From a virus, in IMG/VR virus record IMGVR_UViG_3300027635_000001, positions 1 through 64,000 of that record: a stretch of 64,000 nucleotides of DNA; one strand, given 5' to 3'. Position numbers and translations under genes: made by a program. The number at the start of each line of letters is the position of its first letter. The first letter of the stretch is position 1. The notes below the pieces were generated by a model, which was not told the origin of the DNA, ran no database searches, and saw only the letters and a program-made list of their open reading frames with translations. Below, in pieces: positions 59,495 through 64,000 of the stretch.

Positions 59495-59775
59495 CCGTCA
59501 AGGAACCCATCTTGCACTTGGCCAAGCGTGGCGTGAAGCAGCCGGAATCGCTGAAAGCAGGCGAGATCAAGCGGCTATCCGAATGGGTTGTGTTGGCCTT
59601 TCGCCAGCATCAGCGGGAGGCGGCCCGACTAGTTGGCGAGGACTTTGTCAGAGCGAATCGCGTAGTCGAGAACACCGATAGCGTCTTCGAAGAGCCATTC
59701 CCGTTCCACCGAAAGAGCGATGCTGAAATCTCGGAGAATGTACGAGACGGTATCGCGCGCCGCAGTGAGATATGA
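59491..59775 (+). CDS. hypothetical protein (94 aa)
   Basis: Internal start MTVKEPILHLAKRGVKQPE... with an ATGA overlap. Confidence 0.45.
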   Translation: MTVKEPILHLAKRGVKQPESLKAGEIKRLSEWVVLAFRQHQREAARLVGEDFVRANRVVENTDSVFEEPFPFHRKSDAEISENVRDGIARRSEI

Positions 59776-62700
59776 CCTGACCAACCGGATGCGCGGCGCC
59801 CGCGTGATCTACGACGGGCTGGCGAACTTACGTCCGATCCCGATTGCTCCCGGCGCCACATTGCGCGGCGTCGACCTCAGCGACAGCGCGGCCAACCGCA
59901 TCCGTCGGGAGGGCGAGCTGCAGATCAGCGAGGTCGATCCGCCCGTCTCGGTTGCGGCGGTCGATGGGCAGAAGCCTCCCTTGGTCGTGGTCGGCATGTG
60001 GGGCATCGGCGATAACCTGCACCAGCGCGCCGTCGTCCGGGAGCTGATGAAAACCCGCGATGTATGGTTGGAAACATGCCACTATCTGCTCTACCATGAT
60101 CTCGTCAAACAGGGCCTGAAGCTGCTCTTCCGGCCGACGAGCCTCCGAGCGCAGGCCAAGACGATAGCGCGCGAGCGCGGCATGTTTCCGCGTTCCCCAG
60201 AGCCGCCCCGTAGCGCCCGGCGCATCAAGCTTTGGTATCACCGAAAGGAAATCGAACGAGACGGAAGTATCGTCGAGACCATGATGGCCGAGGGCGGCGT
60301 TGGCGGCGTCAAGCCCGATTTCAGCCTTCCCATTCCTCCCGAGTGGCGCACTGCGGCGCTGCAACTCATCAGCCGATGGGAGATGAAGGGGAAGCCCTTG
60401 ATGGTCTATCGGCCGATCGTCTTGCGCAATGAGTGGAACGGCGCGATGCGCAATCCGGATGAGAGCGCCTACGCCGCTTTGTTCCAACGCATCCGGGATC
60501 TGTTCTTTGTGGTCAGCATCGCCGATCTGGAACCCGGGAAGGAATCCATCGTCGGGCCGGAGCAGGACGCCGACGTCAAGTTGCACCGCGGCGAACTGGA
60601 TTTCCAGACCATGGCTGCGCTCTTCGCCGAATCTGCTCTTTTCTTCGGCAATGCCGGATTTGGCCCCGTGCTCGCCCAGGCCGTCGGAACGCCGCTCGTC
60701 GTCGTCTATGGCGGCCGGGAGAGCTATCTCACCACCGAGCGAGGCGGCGCGCATCTCGCTCCGACGCTCGGAATTAACCCGGACAGGCCCTGCGACCAGC
60801 ACAACGATTGCAAGCGCGACGTGACAGTGAAAACGCCAAACGCCGGGATATGCCCCTGCGACAAGACCATCACGCTAGAGCCGGCATTTGCGCGCTTGGA
60901 CGATTTCCTCGCCAAGCACATTCGAGGCAAGGCCAACACTTTGATCTTCGGCACCGCTTACGTCGATTCGGACCATCGCGTTGCTTTGATGGGCTACTGG
61001 ATCACGCTCACGGAAGCGCTCAATCCGGATTGCGACCTGCTGATCGTCGACAGCGCCTCTCCGCGAATGAAGGAGGTTGCTGGCATCTCCAGTTTTTTGC
61101 CCTACGTCGGCACTGCCAGGGCAAAGCGTCGCATCTTCGACTTTGGCGACAACGTCGGGCATCTGTCGCGTCGGGGGCGGGATGGCTGGGGCCGCGCTTT
61201 CTGCTATGGCCTGCAGGCGGCGATCGACGGCGGGTACGAATATGTCGCCCACATAGAGGGTGATAGCCTGTTCCGGCTGCCAGTGCGCGACGTCATAATA
61301 GAGATGGCGCGCGACAAAACCAAGGTCGTGTCTACGCCCGTCATCGGCACGGATCGCAGTTGGCCCGCATGGCTGGAAACTGGGCTGATGTTCTTCAGCG
61401 TCGATTATCTTCGCACTTGCAATTTCGCGCAAAAATATGATTGGCCAAGCCGCCCCGTTGCGCCGACGCCGGAGGTCGTCGTGCGGCAGATCGTGAGCGC
61501 CAATCTGAAAATGATGGGCTGGCGCGCATGGCGCGGCGACAAGAACCAGATCAGCCGCGATAATGTCGAGGCGCTGGACCTGGATTGGGTGACGCACTGC
61601 CACAGCGATATAGAGGTCTATTCCAGGTTTCTACGCAAGGCCCTCAGTGGAAGGGAGGTAATGCGAAATGACGTGGGACCCGACCAAGCCGTTGATAGGA
61701 CCCGATCCGACCTTGTAGCGTCGCCAGCCGTCAAGCTGAACTTCGGTTGTGGGAGCAACAAGCTCGACGGCTGGCGCAACATGGACGCTGAGATCGACAT
61801 CGAGAAGCCGCTGCCGTTCGAGAGCAACTCGGCGGATGCGATCTTCTCCGAGCACTGCATCGAGCACGTCGACTATTATGCCGCGATCCGTTTTTTCGAG
61901 GAGGCCTTCCGGGTGCTGAAGTCGGGCGGCCTGATCCGGATCACAGTGCCGTCGCTCGAACAGATAATGGACAATGGCGACGAGGAGTATTGGAGGTTTA
62001 CGACCAAGTGGCAGACGATCGGCGCGACCCGGCGCGGGGCGATGCACGCGATCCTCTACGCCCACGGTCATAAGACCGCATGGACGGCCTCGCTGCTGTG
62101 CGCAACGCTGTGCTACGCTGGCTTTGAGAAGCTGGCGAGGCAAGCGCCGGGGCAATCCGACTTTGCCGTCCTGCGCGGCCTGGAGGGCCACGGCAAGGTC
62201 ATCGGCGAGAAGTTCAATGCGATCGAGTCGCTGTGTTTCGAAGGGATCAAGCCGGATGGGATACGACATGAAAATCTCGGAGGAGAAGTTTCCAAGGCGA
62301 TTCTTCCCGCCCAGGCCGCCGCTGTTATCGAACCAATATCCGAACGGGCCGGGGGGATTCGATCCGTACAGACTTTGGGCGAGCAACGAGCGGCACCCCT
62401 CATCTTCGCCACCACCTACGTCGACAGCGACGCCAGCCAAGCCGCGATAGATCAGCCGCTAGTTTTCGTGGACTCGGCGAAGGTCGCGGTCGTTATCGGC
62501 GGCGCGGCTTCGGTCATCGAAGAGATGGCGGCCACTGACGCGCTGCTCGCAGGAACCGGCGTCACGCCGACCTATTTCGTCATCAACGACATGATCCCGC
62601 GCTTCGAGCGGCCATGCCTCGCCATCAGCCTGCATCCGCAAAAGTTGGCGGTATGGCTAGAAGAGCGCAAAGCGGCCGGCTTCCCCGATCCGGGGCAGGT

Positions 62701-63016
62701 CTGGGCGCACGTCAAGCACAAGTCTTACCCCGCCGTGACGCATTCGACCGAGGACTGGCGCGGCTCCTCCGGCCTGTTCGCCATCGCCGTCGCCCGACAA
62801 CTCGGTTTTGAGCGCATAATTTTGTGCGGCGTGCCGATGACGGCACTGGCCGGGCATGTCGTGCGCGGCCCGGCTTTGTGGCGCCCGGCTGAGCAATTCC
62901 TCGGGGGATGGCGCATCCGCAAGGTTTCCATCGCCCCGTATGTGCGGTCGTGGTCGGGCTGGACCGAACAGGCATTCGGACGGCCGGCGCTGGATTTCCT
63001 AGAGGTTGGCGCATGA
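59720..63016 (+). CDS. 1098-aa multidomain protein: RVIYDG-like N-domain + GT-B/GT9 (heptosyltransferase)-like + possible GT-A-like + class I SAM methyltransferase + MptE/DUF115 (Maf)-like domain
   Basis: aa 86-345: VVVGMWGIGDNLHQRAVVREL ... FFGNAGFGPVLAQAVGTPLVVVYGG (GT9-like). aa 668-750: VKLNFGCGSNKLDGWRNMD...FSEHCIEHV...RVLKSGGLIRITVP (MTase). aa 893-1045: ...VVIGGAASV...GSSGLFAIAVARQLGFERIILCGVPM (DUF115-like). Start uncertain (59720, 59738 or 59789). Confidence 0.68.
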   Translation: MLKSRRMYETVSRAAVRYDLTNRMRGARVIYDGLANLRPIPIAPGATLRGVDLSDSAANRIRREGELQISEVDPPVSVAAVDGQKPPLVVVGMWGIGDNLHQRAVVRELMKTRDVWLETCHYLLYHDLVKQGLKLLFRPTSLRAQAKTIARERGMFPRSPEPPRSARRIKLWYHRKEIERDGSIVETMMAEGGVGGVKPDFSLPIPPEWRTAALQLISRWEMKGKPLMVYRPIVLRNEWNGAMRNPDESAYAALFQRIRDLFFVVSIADLEPGKESIVGPEQDADVKLHRGELDFQTMAALFAESALFFGNAGFGPVLAQAVGTPLVVVYGGRESYLTTERGGAHLAPTLGINPDRPCDQHNDCKRDVTVKTPNAGICPCDKTITLEPAFARLDDFLAKHIRGKANTLIFGTAYVDSDHRVALMGYWITLTEALNPDCDLLIVDSASPRMKEVAGISSFLPYVGTARAKRRIFDFGDNVGHLSRRGRDGWGRAFCYGLQAAIDGGYEYVAHIEGDSLFRLPVRDVIIEMARDKTKVVSTPVIGTDRSWPAWLETGLMFFSVDYLRTCNFAQKYDWPSRPVAPTPEVVVRQIVSANLKMMGWRAWRGDKNQISRDNVEALDLDWVTHCHSDIEVYSRFLRKALSGREVMRNDVGPDQAVDRTRSDLVASPAVKLNFGCGSNKLDGWRNMDAEIDIEKPLPFESNSADAIFSEHCIEHVDYYAAIRFFEEAFRVLKSGGLIRITVPSLEQIMDNGDEEYWRFTTKWQTIGATRRGAMHAILYAHGHKTAWTASLLCATLCYAGFEKLARQAPGQSDFAVLRGLEGHGKVIGEKFNAIESLCFEGIKPDGIRHENLGGEVSKAILPAQAAAVIEPISERAGGIRSVQTLGEQRAAPLIFATTYVDSDASQAAIDQPLVFVDSAKVAVVIGGAASVIEEMAATDALLAGTGVTPTYFVINDMIPRFERPCLAISLHPQKLAVWLEERKAAGFPDPGQVWAHVKHKSYPAVTHSTEDWRGSSGLFAIAVARQLGFERIILCGVPMTALAGHVVRGPALWRPAEQFLGGWRIRKVSIAPYVRSWSGWTEQAFGRPALDFLEVGA

Positions 63017-63198
63017 CCGTAGCTGAGTTGATCGAGAAACTGCAGGCCATGCCGCAAGATATGCCGGTCTACCGCTGGGATAGCGAGCGCAGCGCGGATG
63101 GAACCGAGACCGTCCTGGTGACAACCGCTGAGTTGGAAGAGGTTGGCGGGCAAGGCCCGCTCGAATGCGCGCGCGAAACGCGCGTGGTGATAATCTGA
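63013..63198 (+). CDS. hypothetical protein (61 aa)
   Basis: [23 protein letters not shown]... ATGA overlap upstream. Confidence 0.45.
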   Translation: MTVAELIEKLQAMPQDMPVYRWDSERSADGTETVLVTTAELEEVGGQGPLECARETRVVII

Positions 63199-63386
63199 TG
63201 AGCCGCCCGCAGATATTGGTCTACGGCGACGTCATGCTCGACGTGCTGGTGACGGGAAGCTGCAAGCGGGAGAGCCCCGAGGCCCCCGGTGTGCCCGTGC
63301 TGCTGTCCGACAAGATGGTGATGCGACCGGGCGGAGCGGCCAACGTCGCAGTCAATCTGGCGGCTCTCGGCGCGGCCCAGACATGA
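63198..63386 (+). pseudogene. N-terminal 62-codon remnant of an HldE/RfaE-type (PfkB) heptose-7-phosphate kinase
   Basis: [54 protein letters not shown] matches the HldE domain-I N-terminus. The frame stops after 62 codons, whereas the normal domain is about 300 aa. Confidence 0.62.
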
Positions 63387-63400
63387 AAGGAACAGTCACC

Positions 63401-63769
63401 ATGAAAAAGTGGCTTGGCGCCCCGTTCGCGCTGCTGTGGATGTCGTCACCGGCCTTAGCCGGCGGCAGTTCATTCGATGTGGAGCAGCAGGGCTCTGCAG
63501 CCTTCGCCGCGACCCAGGTCAGTTGCGCTTCGACCGCGACGTCGTTTCTCTCGGCGCGAACCGGCGCATCTGGCACGGCCAGGATTTCGGCGACGATCGA
63601 AAACACCGGGACCACTGCGGTTTACGTCGGCGCATCTGGCGTCACCACATCGACCGGCATGCTGCTTCCTGGCATTGTCGGCGCAAGCCTGACGATCAAC
63701 ACGACCGCGGCGCTCTACTGCATCGTGGCGACCGGCACGGAAACCGTGACCGTGCTGGAGACCTATTGA
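63401..63769 (+). CDS. secreted protein with signal peptide (122 aa)
   Basis: MKKWLGAPFALLWMSSPALAGG signal-like N-terminus; AAGGA upstream of ATG 63401 (the track start 63383 is less likely). Thr/Ser/Ala-rich mature part. Confidence 0.55.
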   Translation: MKKWLGAPFALLWMSSPALAGGSSFDVEQQGSAAFAATQVSCASTATSFLSARTGASGTARISATIENTGTTAVYVGASGVTTSTGMLLPGIVGASLTINTTAALYCIVATGTETVTVLETY

Positions 63770-64000
63770 TGGCGCGCTCCTGGTTGCTGGCATCCTGCGC
63801 CGCGCTCGCTCTGCTGGCGCCGGCATGGGCGGATGGACTCTCCGCGCCGATCGCCGTCGGTCCGATCGGGCAGTCTAGTGCGGCGGTGCGCTTCCCGCCG
63901 CAGTCTAGCGGCGGCGCCGGATGCCCCACTTCCGCGACATTCCTCGCCCGCACCAGCGGCCTCTCAGGCACGCAAATCAGCGCTTATCAGATCATGATCT
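63769..64000 (+). CDS. secreted protein, 5' fragment (runs off window)
   Basis: TGATG overlap. MARSWLLASCAALALLAPAWADG signal-like N-terminus. No stop before the window end. Confidence 0.45.
   Translation, partial: MARSWLLASCAALALLAPAWADGLSAPIAVGPIGQSSAAVRFPPQSSGGAGCPTSATFLARTSGLSGTQISAYQIMI

Overview
GC-rich 64-kb window (roughly 60-65 % GC by eye, not computed) that is almost entirely phage. It looks like a temperate, long non-contractile-tailed phage: tube protein, frameshifted chaperone, 1544-aa tape measure, no sheath. The host is probably an alphaproteobacterium, because GcrA-like and GapR/DUF2312-like genes are present.

Layout:
- 1-1300: plus-strand tail-anchored coiled-coil membrane proteins, then a tRNA-Ser(UGA) 5'-half look-alike that may be an att core.
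- 1320-10286, minus strand: lysogeny and early-left operon (DUF4031, tyrosine integrase, Xis-like HTH, RecT plus YqaJ-like exonuclease, about 15 tiny ORFs).
- 10335-11114: CI-like / Cro-like divergent switch with about 10 copies of a TATAGG(CG) half-site.
- 11112-22518, plus strand: early-right operon. It holds GcrA-like, GapR-like, HNH-AP2, RuvC-like, Dam-type MTase, a PD-(D/E)XK-like protein, C5-MTase, DUF5131, DnaB, an initiator/HNH gene with internal iterons, and a NusG-like protein.
- 22519-22941: long non-coding leader containing a tRNA-like acceptor/T-arm minihelix.
- 22942-63016: late operon. It holds TerS/TerL, a DUF1073-type portal, a topoisomerase-IB fusion, a MuF/gp7-like protein, a radical SAM/SPASM enzyme, a DUF2213 scaffold/protease and a DUF2184-type capsid. 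It continues with a Trp-repeat protein, connectors, tube, chaperones, TMP, tail tip, fibres and a 1098-aa multidomain glycosyl/methyl-transferase. Four minus-strand inserts interrupt it.
- 63013-64000: accessory genes, including a truncated HldE remnant and secreted proteins.

I saw no rRNA, intact tRNA, CRISPR array, transposase or recognisable lysis cassette. All product calls come from motif recognition by eye; no searches were run. The many long ORFs in alternative frames are treated as high-GC artefacts.
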